Shown: positions 23,383-38,429, counted from the stretch's first letter. The stretch is 64,000 bases of DNA from Octopus sinensis (GCF_006345805.1 NC_043004.1:18724001-18788000); one strand, 5' to 3'. Numbers and translations: made by a program. The notes: generated by a model not told the origin, from the letters alone.

Positions 23383-24370
23383 CAGTGGCGGAGAGTGGTT
23401 AGTAAGCTAGGGCATGCAGTCCACACCTACCCCGCAAACTGAGGTTTTTCTTGGGGGAATTTCCGAGTGTTCCGCCGTCCCCCGTTTTCCGCGAAAAGTG
23501 TAGTATTATATATGCTTTGTGATATGGAGAGTCTGAAAATGAAAATAATTTCCCCCTGCGACGCACCGTTTTGAAGTAATTAGTAAGTGACGAGAAACGT
23601 ACATATAACTTTAGAAATCAACCTTCCAGCGATTTCATCCAGTATGGGCTATTCGAGTCGTCCACACTGAGAAAAAATCGAAATTATTTTTATAAGGTTT
23701 GGAAGAAAATTTGACGTCCACGAACTCTTGAAGCTGTTTGAGAGAGTACCAAATTAAGTGAATGTGTATATCAATGTACAACTTCAGCCAGTAATGCAGC
23801 TTTTCTCTCTTTATTGACATCGAATGATCACATAAATCTTTCTTGAAGCCTTCCCTTCTCATCAACAAATCGCAAAACGTGTAACAGTTAAGATTTCATG
23901 TGAAGGTCTGTAGTCTCGCCAAGCATAACAGCAACAAATGCTATTTTGTTTCGATCATTGGCTTAGTTACATCTTTATTTGTAACAGCTATGCTATTAAA
24001 TGATTTCGTTTTGAATATCACTTGAAAGTGATATCCGTTTTCAATATCACTTCAAAGCTGAGAAAATGTGTTCTTATACTGACAAACTAACAGACATGGG
24101 AAACAGAAAAATTTATTCAGATTGGGTCATCTAATCATTCACTCAGACTATTCAGAATACTTTCAAAGTAATGATGACATTCCTTGCTGCCCACTTTGGC
24201 TTTGATTTTTCAGTTTAAGCTTTGGTTTCTCTTTTCCAGGAATGATAATATTCTTCTGATCTGTTTCAAAGTTGGGGAAAATAGCGAGAAAACTGAACTG
24301 ATTGACCCCTTTTGCCATCCTTGGGACAATTAAAAGCATGATAAATTCTACTGGATTATAATATTTTTAA
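23383..24370 (-). mobile_element. hAT-type (Tip100/ZMYM-like) transposase remnant
   Basis: Minus-strand pieces NKFFCFPCLLV, GETTD, LRFVDEKGRLQERF, HSLNLVLSQTAS; TIR-like cagtggcgga at 23383. Confidence 0.7.
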
Positions 24371-24512
24371 ATGAATCTTGGCTTTATGCTAATAGATAAT
24401 TTAGGTGTTAGTTTACTTTTTTACGTAACATTTCTTAAATAACTTTAAATGTTTAAGATTAAATTTTAAGCATTGGTATGAAAGAATGGATAAAAACTTT
24501 ACTTTTTAATAA

Positions 24513-24561
<49 letters not shown>

Positions 24562-24589
24562 GACACACAAATTATTGGTTTCTTCTTTT

Positions 24590-24910
24590 CGCTCTATGTG
24601 TGAAATAGTCAAGAAAACTCTGGGGTCTCATGACTGAATTCAGTTTGAGGTAAGAAGTTTGCTTCCCAACCACATGGTTCCAGGTTCAGTCTTCTACTAG
24701 TGTCTTCTATTATTCTATTATAGTCTAGGGCCGACAACCGGCGTTGGTGTTTTTACGTTCTCGTAACTTAGCAGTTCGGTACGAGAGATCAAAACAATAA
24801 GCACCAGGCTTTAAAAAAAGCAGTGGGGTAGATTCCTTAGGCTAAAAATTATTGAAGGTGGTGCCCCAGAATGGCCACAATCTGCTGATTGAAACGAGTA
24901 GCAGATAAAA
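24590..24910 (+). mobile_element. SINE family A
   Basis: Head, body and gaaggtggtgccccagaatggcc tail. Confidence 0.85.
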
Positions 24911-25273
24911 GATAAAATGTGTACTGAATAATCGAATAATCTAAAAGCAATAAAACAAACATCAGCACTTCTGCTGGCTTAACATATCTGCTGAAAGGTA
25001 AGCAGACATTTTTGTTGCTTGCCTTTCAGCCGTGTTCAGTTGTCAATAAAAAGGAGAGGGAAGCAAATTTTTTACTGCTTGCTTTATCTAATTTCTCTGT
25101 CTTTCTCTTTTTGACGCTTCTTTCTCGAAAATAATAGAATAGAAAGAATATAGCATCACTGCTCTTACTATGACTGAAAGCAGGCAGTAAAATATTTTCT
25201 TCCCTTTCCTTTTCTTTCACAAAAATTAATCGTTTCTTAATCGAATTGTAACATGTGATGAGAAATTGATCCA

Positions 25274-25889
25274 ATACAACAACCGTAAACGTTCAGCACA
25301 ATGGTTAAGCAAAGACGAAACACCAAAACACAGTCCAAAAAGCAAAATTCATCAAGAGAAGCTGACGGTGTGTGTTTGGTGTTCTGGCGAAGGTGTGATC
25401 CATTATGATTTCATTAAACCTGGTTCGTCAATCACGGCCTAAGTATACTGCTGCCAACTGGAGCAAATAATGCAGAAACTTACAAAAAGAAAAAACAACA
25501 GCCTAGATTAGTCAATAGATTTACTCCTATTTTATTGCAAGTCAGCACCAGATCACACATCACAAAAATGGCATTGGCGAAACTACAGGAGTTGGAGTTG
25601 GAAGTTCTCCATCATCCACCATACTCACCTGATCTTGCCCCCACTGACTATCATTTCTTCCAGAATTTGGATAACTTTTTGATAGGAAAAAAAGTTAATT
25701 CCGACGATGTTGTAAAACAGGCCTTCCAAGATTTTATTGATTTCCGATTGCCAGGCTTTTACATTTCCGGGAAATGGCAAAGTGTATTGACAATACGGGT
25801 GCATACTTTGATGAATAAAACTATTCCTTGTATTTATAAAACATTAGCAAACTTTTTCTGTTCTACAAATTTCGTACTTGATGACCTAA
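25274..25889 (+). mobile_element. Mariner fragment (3' half with right TIR)
   Basis: NRKRSAQWLSKDE, VWCSGEGVIHYD, HPPYSPDLAPTDYHFF; TIR ending gatgacctaaTA. Confidence 0.92.
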
Positions 25890-26119
25890 TATTAATAAGG
25901 TCTTAGAAAATAACGGAAAGAATGTAAACATTAATATTAATAGTAAAACTAACAGGGAGGGCAATATAAATAGAAATGATAACAAGGACAACAGCAGCAG
26001 CAGTGATGGTGATAGTAATAGTAATAACAATGATAATGATAGTAATACTAGTAATAATTGAAGATAGTGGTAGTGATGATGATGGGAATGATGGTGATAA
26101 TAATAATAACGGTAACAGT

Positions 26120-26620
26120 GATAGTAACTGCACAGGTAGTAAGAATAGGAAAGATAGGGCCAGTTGCAACTGTAGAGGAGATAGAGAATGCCTTTTAAAT
26201 AAATCATGTCTAGAAAAGAACACAGTATATGAATGTGCTGTAGTAACTCGCGATAAAATTTACAATTACTTTGGATGTTGCTCAACGACATATAAGCTCC
26301 ACTATTACAACCACATCTCGTCATTCAAACATAAAAAGAAGTAAAACGCGACATCATTTAGCAAGTTTATATTCCAACTTAGGGACGAAAAGACAGAATA
26401 TGAGCTAAAATGGTCAATGCTATGTACAGTAAAACCTTATGAAATAGGAAGAAGTAGATGTAAACTCTGTCTAGAGGAATCACTCCAAATGCTTACACCA
26501 AAGAGTAACCTCGGAAAGAATTAATGATACACTGTAAACATTCCTATAATAAATCCTTCAGAAGATCTCCTATATAACTTTAATACCATAGCGAGAAACA
26601 TTAATCAGGATGAGTATGAT
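26120..26620 (+). mobile_element. PLE GIY-YIG endonuclease fragment with degenerate terminal hammerhead
   Basis: CNCRGDRECLLNKSCLEKNTVYECAV...YFG...HYYNHISSF...CKLCLEESL. Confidence 0.88.
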
Positions 26621-26787
26621 GCGTAAGAGAAAAATGAAAATTACATAATTATACACACACACACACACATACACACGCGCGCACACACACACACATATAT
26701 GTATATGATTTCTTTTAGTTAAATTTTAAAATCTTAAAAATTGAAAAATTTCTATTTTATCTGTTTATTCATTTTAATATTGTTGCA

Positions 26788-26789
<2 letters not shown>

Positions 26790-26874
<85 letters not shown>

Positions 26875-26875
26875 G
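26790..26875. repeat. (ATT)n microsatellite
   Basis: Direct reading. Confidence 0.99.
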
Positions 26876-27879
26876 CTGTTGTTGTTGTTCTAGTATTACT
26901 ATCTATTTCGTAAAATTCTTTTAATTCTTATAAATTTTAGTTTGTTTTAATGTTAATTTTATAAAGTTTAACTTTAGTTGAAATTTTAATTCTTAATCTA
27001 TTTAATGGTTTAAGTTTAGATATTCTATTAGTTTAGATCCTAGCTAACCAAAGCTTCCTCAATATCTCCATCATTATATGATTATTATGGCTGTTTCATT
27101 CATTTTCTAATACAATTCCCCTACTATGCATGATAGTAAAAATGACCAAATATTAAAGACTTGAGTTGACCATGTGTCTAAATGGCCCATATTAAATTTC
27201 AACACAATATTTGGAGAATATCTAACCTAAAAACAATGCAAATATATTCATGTGTGTTGACCTGATTACAAAACACTAATGTTTTATGACTGTCCTTTCC
27301 TCAATTTCGGCCATCCTATCATCCTTCTTTTATCGAGTGCTTCCCTTCCTCTCTTCTTTTCTTCCATTCTTTCTCTTCACTTTAGTCCTTCCGTTCCAAA
27401 TCATTACTTATCTTGCCCTTTCCTCTTTATCTCTTTTCGACTTGCCTCTTTTCTATTCTTTTTTCCTCTCCTCCAATTGAGACATATATTAGTAACGAAC
27501 CTATAATGACTACTGGAAACAGCTGAAAGACAAATTTACTCCAATAAAGGAAAAATATTTAATGAGCATTATTTATACATTGTCTTGTGTATCACTCCAT
27601 GTAACAATGAATTTTATTGAAGCACAACCACGGATTTACTATATAGAACAGCGATAAACTATAATGTCGGATCCTGCCAGAAGAACACTTGGAGTTCCTT
27701 TTACTAATATAAACAATATTGTTAGCCTGGCGTGCCAGCAGAGAGCTTATGGAGTATTTTGCTCGGATTGATAATCCCTCACCTATGAATATATATATAC
27801 CAATTCATTAATAAATTAACGGAAGTTTAATTGACATTTGACCACGTTTAAAAAGTGATATGGCTTTTCATTAATGTAG

Positions 27880-29093
27880 TTGATTTTATTTTAAAGCACC
27901 ATCTCCGATCAAGGGACCTGCCAAACCAGTATGATCTAATAAATATATCTAATAGTAAACTATATTTGAATAGAGATGGCTGAAATAGAAAATCGAATAT
28001 TTCCTGGTAAAACGTTTCATTTAACCTGTCAACATATAACTTTGACATTTGCTCCTTATGATATTTATGGAGAATTTTCCACCTCATCATAAGTACTACC
28101 ATATATTCAATAGGTCTACCATTAAACTTTTGAAGTTCTCCTCTAGTAGGTTATGGGGTAGATTATTGTAGGTACTTAAGCTACATAAACCATTATTCTT
28201 TTGGTCTTACGACTGATTGTTCATCTTTCATACTCACCATCTTATACTCAAAAAATGAGAATTCGTCGTGAACAGCAGCAACTGAAGATACTGTTGCTTG
28301 GTAAGCGTTGGTACCTCCATGAGAGAGACGTGTAGATATTGTTTTCGTGATTACCTATCGCTAGAATTCAGCAGGTTGGAAATAACTCTGTAATTAACAG
28401 CGTGGTAAGATGCCCAGGACGAGTCCATTGAGTTTAGGTAACAGTAACGGTTTGCTCATTAACCTCCTATATCCTACGTGCTATAAATTAAATCACCATA
28501 TCCAAGGATATGAGAGAGAGAGAGAGAGAGGGATAGATAGATAGATAGATAGATAGATAGAGAGAGAGAAATCTAAAAATAAAGTACGACAGCATAGTTA
28601 TAATAGTAGTAATGATGGTGATGAAAACATCAACCGTCTTAATGCATTCACCACCAGCAAAAGCAAACAATTGTAGTGTTGAGTATACGAAAAGTGTATA
28701 AAGATACGGACAACAGTAAGAGATGAAATTGGGATAATGGCAAAGCAGATGATAAAATATTCGGGTCGTAAATTTACCTTCCAAATCAATTTAAGATTTG
28801 GAAAAATGGCTTTAGATATAGAACGCTTATCAGTAAACGGAGAAGTAATTACAACGTGCATGTACACAGCAATGGTGATAAAAATGTATTCGTATAATGA
28901 TCAGTTGTAATGAATTAAATTCCTAATGAATAAATTGCCTTAATTCTAGGTATACTGGTAATAAATATTTATCACTAGAATATAATCAGTTGAAATGTAC
29001 AATCTGCATCCTATATAGAGGATGACAGCCACATACAGAGGGCAAAACCGTTTTCGTATATCAGTGGGAGTTTTATAACTATTACGCCATCAC
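27880..29093 (-). pseudogene. Putative decayed paralogue (A'-type) of the peptide gene
   Basis: 55-nt intron-like segment (28003-27949) with donor mutated to GA, preceded by K-R-F-T codons; downstream flank 27575-27680 homologous to B flank 18310-18410. Confidence 0.35.
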
Positions 29094-29859
29094 CTGTTAA
29101 CTTAATGTCCATAAACCATCATTGCAAATCTGTTTTAATTAAGGCTATACATAGAAAGGAATATTTGCCATGATGGATATTGTATAAGCATAATAAAAAA
29201 ATGTATGTACAAACTTTAAAACTATGTATTTTCCCGAAATATTCTACATAAAAACTTCAATACAAACTCAGCAGAGAACAAAACATGGAGGAAAATATAC
29301 ATTATTTTGAAAGACGAATTTTGTAGCTGAAACTTCCAGAAAATTGCCCATTTTTCAAACTTGAGTTATAAAGTTCGATTCACAATTGTCCTCAGTTTAA
29401 AGTCATAAATGTAGTGGACTATTAGTCAAATTCTCTGTGCGTATATTTCAAACATTGGCGTTTCATTGCTTCTCATTTCTACTTTGAGATACTGTTTTTG
29501 ATGAAGATACGTGGCCTAATGTGTCGAGTGTTGGTCTCCCTATCATTAGGTGATTGGTTCGATTCTTAGACTTGCTGGGTGTACTGAGTCCTTGAGAAAA
29601 GTACATTATTCATGTTGATCCATATAGCCGTAAATGAAACGGAAGAGTGACAGATTTGCTTCTTAATCAGAACCGAATGTTGCACTGTTGGTTGCCTAGA
29701 TGTTTCAATTATCCAGATAAGTTCCAGCCTCGTATGACAGTAGATTCCAGACAGACTAATCTTTTTTATAACGATTAACAAACGTCGGCGATTTAATCTT
29801 CCGAAGAGAAATATGTACATTTGTACTCTCATATACGCGCCTATAGTTATTTATACTCT

Positions 29860-30179
29860 TTTTATTCCTTTCACATGTTTCAGCTATTGGATTGAGACCA
29901 TACAATTGACACTACCTTCAAAGCATTAATCGATCAAATAAAGACTAGTACTTATCTTCTACCTGGTACTTCTCTTTTATCACCCACTTTTCACTAGCCC
30001 GCTAAGTTACGGAAACATAAACAATGCAACACCGGTCGAAAAGCGGTGGGAGATAAACACAAACACAAATAGATAGACAGACACACAGTGAGACAGGTAA
30101 ATGCATAGATAAATTGGTAGATATACAGCTGGCTAAATAGATAAAGAGATAGATAGACAGACAGACGGACAGATTGATA

Positions 30180-30180
<1 letters not shown>
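29860..30180 (-). mobile_element. SINE family A, split by the PLE; remainder at ~33596-33750
   Basis: Paralogue of the uninterrupted 10700-11230 copy. Confidence 0.8.
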
Positions 30181-30275
<95 letters not shown>

Positions 30276-30365
30276 GTGTGTGTAACGGTTAAAAAACATG
30301 ATAGCGTTCCCTTCATATACGCAGTCATCACATTCTGTTAAAATGTCTTATTGATGTTTGGTTTC

Positions 30366-30460
30366 TTTCTTTCCCCGATGAGAAGATTGCATTGTTTTAC
30401 ACCATTTTAGTCCTTCTGGAATAATATCAATGTTGTCTTCGAAACATATGTCGGAAGTAA
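30366..30460 (+). ncRNA. Hammerhead ribozyme in the 5' terminal repeat
   Basis: TTCC-CCGATGA-GAAGA..CATTG/CAATG..TCTTC-GAAA-CATATGTC-GGAA; palindromic ACATATGT. Confidence 0.65.
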
Positions 30461-33349
30461 AAGAATTTGAATAACAACTGCGTTTAACTCCATTTATTTA
30501 TTTATCAATATTATACAAACCATTTCACCTAAACCTGGAATTTCTACCTTTATAAATAGGCTGTTACATCCTTGTTACTTGTGTGAATATTTGCTACTCT
30601 GGTAATTGTTTATTTTCTCCGTGTTATTTGTAAGCACTGCAAAAATACATATACATTTATACACACTTCAAACAGGTTTTCATATAACCTGCTAATAAAA
30701 TAGTTTCTGCATGCTGAGTTGTTTGTTATAAAGGCATCTCTTAAGGATATACACATTCCCCCAGGAAAGTTTTCCTTACGCATATCATTAGTAAGACAAA
30801 CTCCTTTATTAACCGTATTAGATGGCTTGCCTTTTTCTTCGACAATGAAGACATTAAACGGCCCTCTAACAATCCAGCTTCTGAATTCAAAAGATTGTTT
30901 AAATCTAAAAACAATCCTCCACCTAACCCAAGATTGAAACAGTTTGAAGACGATCCCTGGTCTATTGTGAGGAATGTGAAATTCCACCGTTCACTCTTAA
31001 GGAATAAACATTTGAGGTATCTTCACACTATCACCAAAGAAATTCAGAGCATGGATGAGACACTGGTTCAATCGGATAAAACAGGAAACCTGTATAGGCT
31101 TACCAAGGACTATTAGCTAAAATTGCTTAGAAAAGAAATACAGAAGAATTAAAGAATTCCCGGTAAAAGTGCAATTAGTAAAGCCAATCTTGAGGCTAAG
31201 AAAATTATGGAGAAATATGACTTACAGATGAAGACTAAACTTCTTGACCCCAAACAACCCCGTTTTATTTTAAAAGATCACAAACAAAATTTTTTTAATA
31301 ACCCATCCTTACGACTTATTTGTCCTTCTATCTCTGACATCGGTGTATTTAGGGAAAATATTCTAGATAAATATACTCCTACCTTAGTTAAAAAATTAAA
31401 TATTAATTCATGGTCTAATTCGTTACAAGTGGTCGATTGCTTTCGTTCTATTGAACAAGAAGTGCACTAAGTTTATCCAGTTTGACATTTCTAGTTTCTA
31501 TTCCTCTATCAACCCAATCGTACTTAACAAGGTACTCTGGCTCGCTGACAACAAAGCAGGTCTCACCAGGGATGAAATTAATGTCGTGTTGGCCGCCAGA
31601 AAATCTATTATTAAATTTGATAACAAGCTGTAGGTCCGTAAAGATACACCCGACAGTTTTGATGTTACGATGGGAAGTTCTGAATCAGCACAAATCGCTG
31701 ATTTGGTCGGTATATATATATATATCCTTTATGAGATGGCTGACCAATACCCAAAGATCAATATATAGATCAAGGTCTATATCGGGATGATTGTCTACTC
31801 TACCTTCAAAACACTTCTAACCAAAAATTACAAGCTTACTTAAATTTTTCCGAAACTGGGGCTTAAGAATTGTTTTTGACGATGATGTAACTAAAGCCAA
31901 CTTTTGGATATTACCCTTAACTTGCATAATGTTTCGTATTTCCCATAGAATAAGCCCTCAACTAATTTAAAATATATTAGCTCTTTCAGTAATCACTCTA
32001 AGGCTATTACAAAGAATTTAGTTAGGAATATTTCACTTAGACTTTCTAGATTATCTGCTAAATGTTGATATCTTCAATGATAAAGTTGAATTTTATAACT
32101 CTGCCTTACTTAAAGCAGGCTATAAAGAAAAATTACCTATATTAACCATATAGGTATTAATTCTACCTCTATTAATCAGGACATGAAATCAAGTTGTAAC
32201 GATATTAACAACTTCAATTTTATTTCGAATAACAACACCAAATCGAGTAATGTATTTATGCAGCGTAAGGGAGATAACTGTTATTTGAGACTATTTTTCA
32301 TTATAAAGGTACTTCGAGGACTTTTAAAGACAATTACCCTAATAACAAGGTATGTCACAGAAAAACTGTTTGGTTAATAATTGCATATGGTAGGCAGATC
32401 AAATTTAACCTCCCTTACCAGTTTTGTGAAGCTATAGAAAATAATTTCCCAAGAAATTCAAGATACTATTCGATTATTAACTCACACCGAATTAGAATAG
32501 ATTTTTCTAACCCAAAAACCTTTCATAAATCATCTGTTCGCATAATAATTTGTTAAATACAAATCTACTAAATGAAAATACTAACATTGATTTTGTTAAC
32601 ACTAACCATTCTTTAAATAATATTAACAGCGGGGTTACTGTTTATGAAGTCAACTCCAATCGCATTAATTTTCTTAGCAGTAATTCTAAGACTAGAAGCT
32701 CTATTTATAAATGTAAAATTACTTCTGGTTCTGACGTCTTTTTTTATATAGCCAGTTCTTCATCTCAGCTGTCCAAAAGAATATATAATCATTATTCTAC
32801 TGTTAGGCATATCAATAAACGTAACAATACTGGGCTTAGTAAATTAATCTGGTATCTAACAGATCATAATACACAATTTAATTTGGAATGGAATATTCTC
32901 TCTATTTCTTTACCTTATGACAAAGGTAAATCTTTTAGCTCCCTTGTAATAGTGAAATGGTTTTTATCCTATTCACAAAGAATCCATTTCTAAACACGTT
33001 TATAGAATGCGTTTATTGTTGCAAATATTGGCAGAAACATACCTTTAGTTCCTATAAGTAATTTCTACCAATCTATATAATTCAATCTTTGACTGTCTTC
33101 TTACATTGCACTTCACTAAATATATCTACTTCCATTCCTTTAAGCTTTATTCTAATTCACCTATCGCTCTATATCTCTTCACTACGAGTTTACTGCTATT
33201 TTTTTCTTTCTCTTCCTTGTCTTTCTATAAACTACCTTTGATGTTATACATACTAACAGTTTAAAAAAACAACAACATGATAGCATTCCCTTCATCATAT
33301 ATGCAGTCATCATATTCTGTTAAAATGTCTTATTGATGTCTTTGGTTTA

Positions 33350-33445
33350 TTTCTTTCCCTGATGAGTAGATTGCATTGTTTTACACCATCTTATTCCTTC
33401 TGGAATAATACCAATGTTGTCTTCGAAACACATGTTGGAAGTAAA
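33350..33445 (+). ncRNA. Hammerhead ribozyme in the 3' terminal repeat
   Basis: TTCC-CTGATGA...TCTTC-GAAA-CACATGTT-GGAA. Confidence 0.65.
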
Positions 33446-33472
33446 ATAATTTAAATAACACCTGTGTTTAAC

Positions 33473-33594
<122 letters not shown>

Positions 33595-35629
33595 TACAAC
33601 AAACCTTCATACAATTTCCGTTTACCAAATGAACTCTGAATGCATTAGACGGGCGGGGTGGAGGAATAGTAAGAGACATTTGTCCAAGATGTTGTGCTGT
33701 GTAATTTGAACCCGAAACCATTTGATTGCGAAGCGTAATTCTTAACTATTTAGGTATGTTTGTGTGCATGTGCCTATTACTGAAAGCCTGATTATTACAT
33801 TACATTACATTATATTATATTATATATATTATATTATATTATATTATATATAACATGTGTTTTTGTTTTGAAGCCATAATAGTACGAATTACAAATTTGC
33901 TCCGTTTGCTATTTTTGCAACCTTGTTTTACAAATTTCGAGAAACTATTTTTAAAGCAATAGAAGTCATTTAGAACTTTCTTAGGATTTCACTGACATTG
34001 TAATTGAAGTCATCTTTCATTGTCTTCATACAACTTTTCTTTCTTACGAGCATAGAATAATTAGCAGAACTTAGTACTGCAATATCATCGCTTAAAATAT
34101 TTTATATTTAATATCAGAAATAAATGTAATTAATCAGACTCGAGGGAGATAATTATTTATAGAGTTCACTCCCTTGTATAACTTTGTGTACTGCGCCATA
34201 ATTTTCCTTTCGTTAACAGTTTATTTTTGCTTTTCCCAAATTAGATTGTCTAGGAAAATATTAGAGTTTACAAAGAAAATGATGCTCAGTCGACTAAATC
34301 AAGCGAGTCATAAAGAAGTTTTAGAGATGCTTATTTTATCAACTTATTGTATTTCTCTTAACTTGATCGTTATTTTGTGATACAATGTATACGTATTTTT
34401 TTTTCTTTTCTGACATGGCGAAAACAATCGACTGAGATAGGAGAAATGAGACGTTGTGAAATTCATGCGTTTATTGTAATACTGTGATATATGTGAACTG
34501 ATATAATTTAGAATCAAACAATGGACAGCTGAACTCTTTGCTACAAAACATTTGCTTGACATTTTCCTCAATATACTTAAAGTATTATTTTATAAGGGAC
34601 AAGTTAAATTGATACCGTGGAATTCACATATTTTCATATATTTTCCAACATCAAATATCCGCGTAGCAGGGTCAGAAGCTATTTTTGGTGACCCTCGATG
34701 TTGTGCATAACGATATTGATTTTCATTTTGTTCCCCCAAAAAGTAGTACTTGTAGGGAAGATGACTACTGATGTCTATTAGCAATTTTGACAAACAAAAT
34801 GTTTCTTTGCTTAAACAAAGAACGACAAAACAACGATACAGTTTGGAGATAATTATTCTTGGCTTGGTGTGACTGTAGCAGCAGTCGCTGTCCGCGTCTC
34901 TACATTCTGTCTACCGCCTCATCTCTACCTAAGCAGCTAAGATGCACAGAATTATATATTGATGGCCGGGATCAGAAAGGATTGCACCAAAAGATGAAAT
35001 AGTTGTTTGAGTGTATTTCATGCGAAATCTCTATTGATCAGGTTTGTTTCGATCACATTGGTAATATTATAGCGAGTCGCGACATTAGATACAGTGATCT
35101 GATTGCGAAATGACTTTCCCGCTAGTATAAAATCCCTTCATTGTGAATTGAACAAAATGATGAGAATAGTGCAGGAATTGCATATGTGAAGTGCATAAAG
35201 GAGCATGTATTAGAAAAGTGAATGGAGGACTAAGAATGTTGGTTAAATTGTATTGTACTATCAGAAAATGCTTTCGTGCGCAGTGCTGTTCTACCTTATA
35301 CACGAAATGCTGTACATGAGTCTAAGAAAATGAGAAATAAAACAAAAATTAAATAACCTGTATGCAAGAGAAATCAGAATTGTGATGGAATATTAAACCA
35401 GAGTATAACTGTAAAAATACTAAGAAAGAAAATCCTAATCAGATTTGTACATGTATGTACGTGAGCGAGATGAGTGCAGCTCAGTGAGAGACTCGTATAT
35501 GATCATATGCATGTATATCAGTGAATCGGTAGTGTCTAACTTTGAGGCAGAAATCTGTTACAGTCATTGGTCATTTAGTTATCCAAGAATAAATAGCTCG
35601 GCGTCAGTGATGACGGCTTATCTCCCCTA

Positions 35630-35990
35630 GAGCAGCTAATTGTGGGCTAGTAGATGGGGAACAAGGAATTTATCTTTCGGACTTCTTTTAGATCGTAAGG
35701 ACACTTCTAGGTTTTGTCTGCGAACGGGGAATCCTATACTCGCTGGAAATGGTAGTGCTGGAAATGGATGCATGGAGTGAAAACTTCTTGGCGAGTAATT
35801 AGCGACCCAGGTTTCAGAGAATCTTAGAGCTACCTCGGCTAAGAAAGTTTGCAGCGAAAACTCACGTTCATGTAGGGCTCCGGCCCCTCTAAGAAAGGAC
35901 ACACATACGAGCACACACACATACCTTATACATACATACATACATACATACATACATACATACATACATACATACATACATACATACACA
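35630..35990 (+). mobile_element. Probable LINE 3' end with (CATA)n tail
   Basis: GC-richer insert absent from A, ending in a simple-repeat tail. Confidence 0.3.
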
Positions 35991-37761
35991 TACGAGAATA
36001 CGCTACAATATTTGTTTTGAGAAGATGTAAAGATCAGTATAAATGTCCGATGTTATTTTTGCTCTATTCTGATCGCATGTATGTTTTGTTTTATTTATCA
36101 GTGTGTCCCATTTTCTTTAACGCATTTTATTTTTGACTCCTCATTTTCTTTATACTTGCATACTTCATTTTATTGCTGATATGAGAAGATTTTTTTTTAT
36201 ATCTCAGTTCTTATGAGGACGCAGAGTACGCTACACTTATCAAAATGTATTGTTACACAAATAAGAGAAGCGCAAATAGAAAACGAAGTAATTTTAAATA
36301 AGTCATCAGAGGAGACGCTTCCGCACATAAGATGCATCACAACTGTTTGTACAACATCTCGCCTGGATGGTACCGGTGCATGACGGGTTGAAACGATCGT
36401 AATGGTTCCGAAAAAAAGAGTGTCATGAATTTCCATTTTTTTTTCTTATAAAATAAAGCAATTCTTCAAGTAAATCCAGTGGCATATACACCCATACGGA
36501 TGTTGATATCATGTAACCGAATATTGTGAAAGAGCTTTTAACAGTACACTACAATGTGTATACCTGATTATAAAGTTATTACTTATATATGTATATATAT
36601 AACTAATGTAGGATAAGATTTTTTTCGAAAGAAAAAAAATTAATCAATGGCCAGCATATCAAAAAATACCTTTAAAGGTTAAATTTATAAATATAAGTTA
36701 TATATATATATATATATATATAATCAAAGAATTCCTTGTTTTTCTCTTGTTTCGCATTTTATATGCTGCATGTTTAGTAGGGTGGTTAGTGAAAATATTC
36801 ACAATTGTTACTTTCAAATAATAATGCTGACATTAGAAAAGAAAAGTAGTAAAACGAATAACTTCTCATTGTTTATTTTCTATACTTAGGATATGTTTAC
36901 ATACTGCATTAATTACCAACAAGCCTGTAATGATAAAAGAAAATGTAATAATAAAACCAATTTTAAATGAATTAAATATAATTATTGAAATAATAATCAA
37001 AATAATTTAAAGCTATCGTTGCGTTGAAAACATTTTAGTCAATAGGCTTTCATTTAATATTCTTTCTGAGAAGCATTTCCAAATTGAAGTTAAATAATTA
37101 TATTCAACAACCATTGCCTTCAGTTATATTGATGAAGAGATAAAAGAATAAATTTGAAAAGGTACCATTAATATTTAGCTATACTCAGAGGTAGAATATT
37201 ACAATAAAAGCCGAAACGGGAGATCACAAACTCCATCGAAAATAGGAATAGTGATCCCTTTCTGTCGGTATACTATTATTTCCTCTTCTGCCATCTCAAT
37301 CTTGTGCTTTCGCATTTGTATGTTATCAAATGATAAAGTTGTTAAACATTCAATCTTCTACACATTTATATCAAATATGCTACAGCTTTTAAGCCATTGC
37401 GAATTAACTTTTTTCAACAGTGTCTAAAGGAAATAATGTCAGACATTGTACTATAATTCTAATTTCCGGATAGTTTGACAATTTCGGAATTTTTGAAGTA
37501 AACTTTAATTCATTAGGTTGGTATATATTTAATAGTAATAGAAGAGTGTGACGTTTATAAATGATTCTACTTACAAGTCGCAGGCTGAAGGACAGAGAAA
37601 ACTCCAAAATCCTCCGGCAATTGCTGAGCATGCAGATTCACAGCCTTTAGATAAATCTAAGCTACGGAGCTTCTCAACAAGATCGGACACTGAGAAATAT
37701 GAAAAAAAAAGAAAATAATTAATTTTAAGGATTGTTAGTAAATAAAAAAATATATATATAG

Positions 37762-38070
37762 TATTCGAGAGTCGGTTATAAAGTTCATAGGCCGAAAAGG
37801 TACAGTCATGAATGTGACCAAAGGAAGTTTATCTTTAAACATAGTCACCCTTGCGGTCCACACACTTCTTCCATCGATGTCGTAGTGCTTCGATCCCACT
37901 GGTGAACAAGCTTTCATTTTGTTGGTCAAAAAAGTCATTAACATCAGATATGAAGTTATCCTCAATACTATTCTGGTTCCCAGCCAGGTGTTTTTTCATG
38001 TTGGGGAATAGACGATAGTCAGATGGGGCCAAATCAGGAGAATAGGGACAGTAATCAACCAAGAACCAAT
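37762..38070 (-). mobile_element. Mariner fragment (paralogue of 15990)
   Basis: YSPDLAPSDYRLFPNMKKHL...RHRWKKCV. Confidence 0.9.
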
Positions 38071-38237
38071 ACAGTTATTGATAAGAAGAGTTGAAGTGCA
38101 TGCAAGATTTCACAGCTCTAGAATCACTTCTTCATAGTCAGCCTATGAACGTTTTATCCTACCATCGTAGAATACACACACACACGCGCGCGCACACACA
38201 CACAGACACACACACACACACAGACATACACGCACGC

Positions 38238-38273
<36 letters not shown>

Positions 38274-38429
38274 GCACGTACACACAAACACACACAGACA
38301 CAAACACATACGCACACACACACTCAGACACACATACATATATATATATATATACGTATATGTATTCTGTGTGTGTATGTCGGTATACACACACACTCAC
38401 ACACACACACACATACATACGTGTATGTT

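Noticed and set aside
25863-26120. Asn/Asp/Ile-rich or His-rich ORFs
   Set aside because: Degenerate (GAT/AAT)n trinucleotide repeat upstream of a PLE fragment
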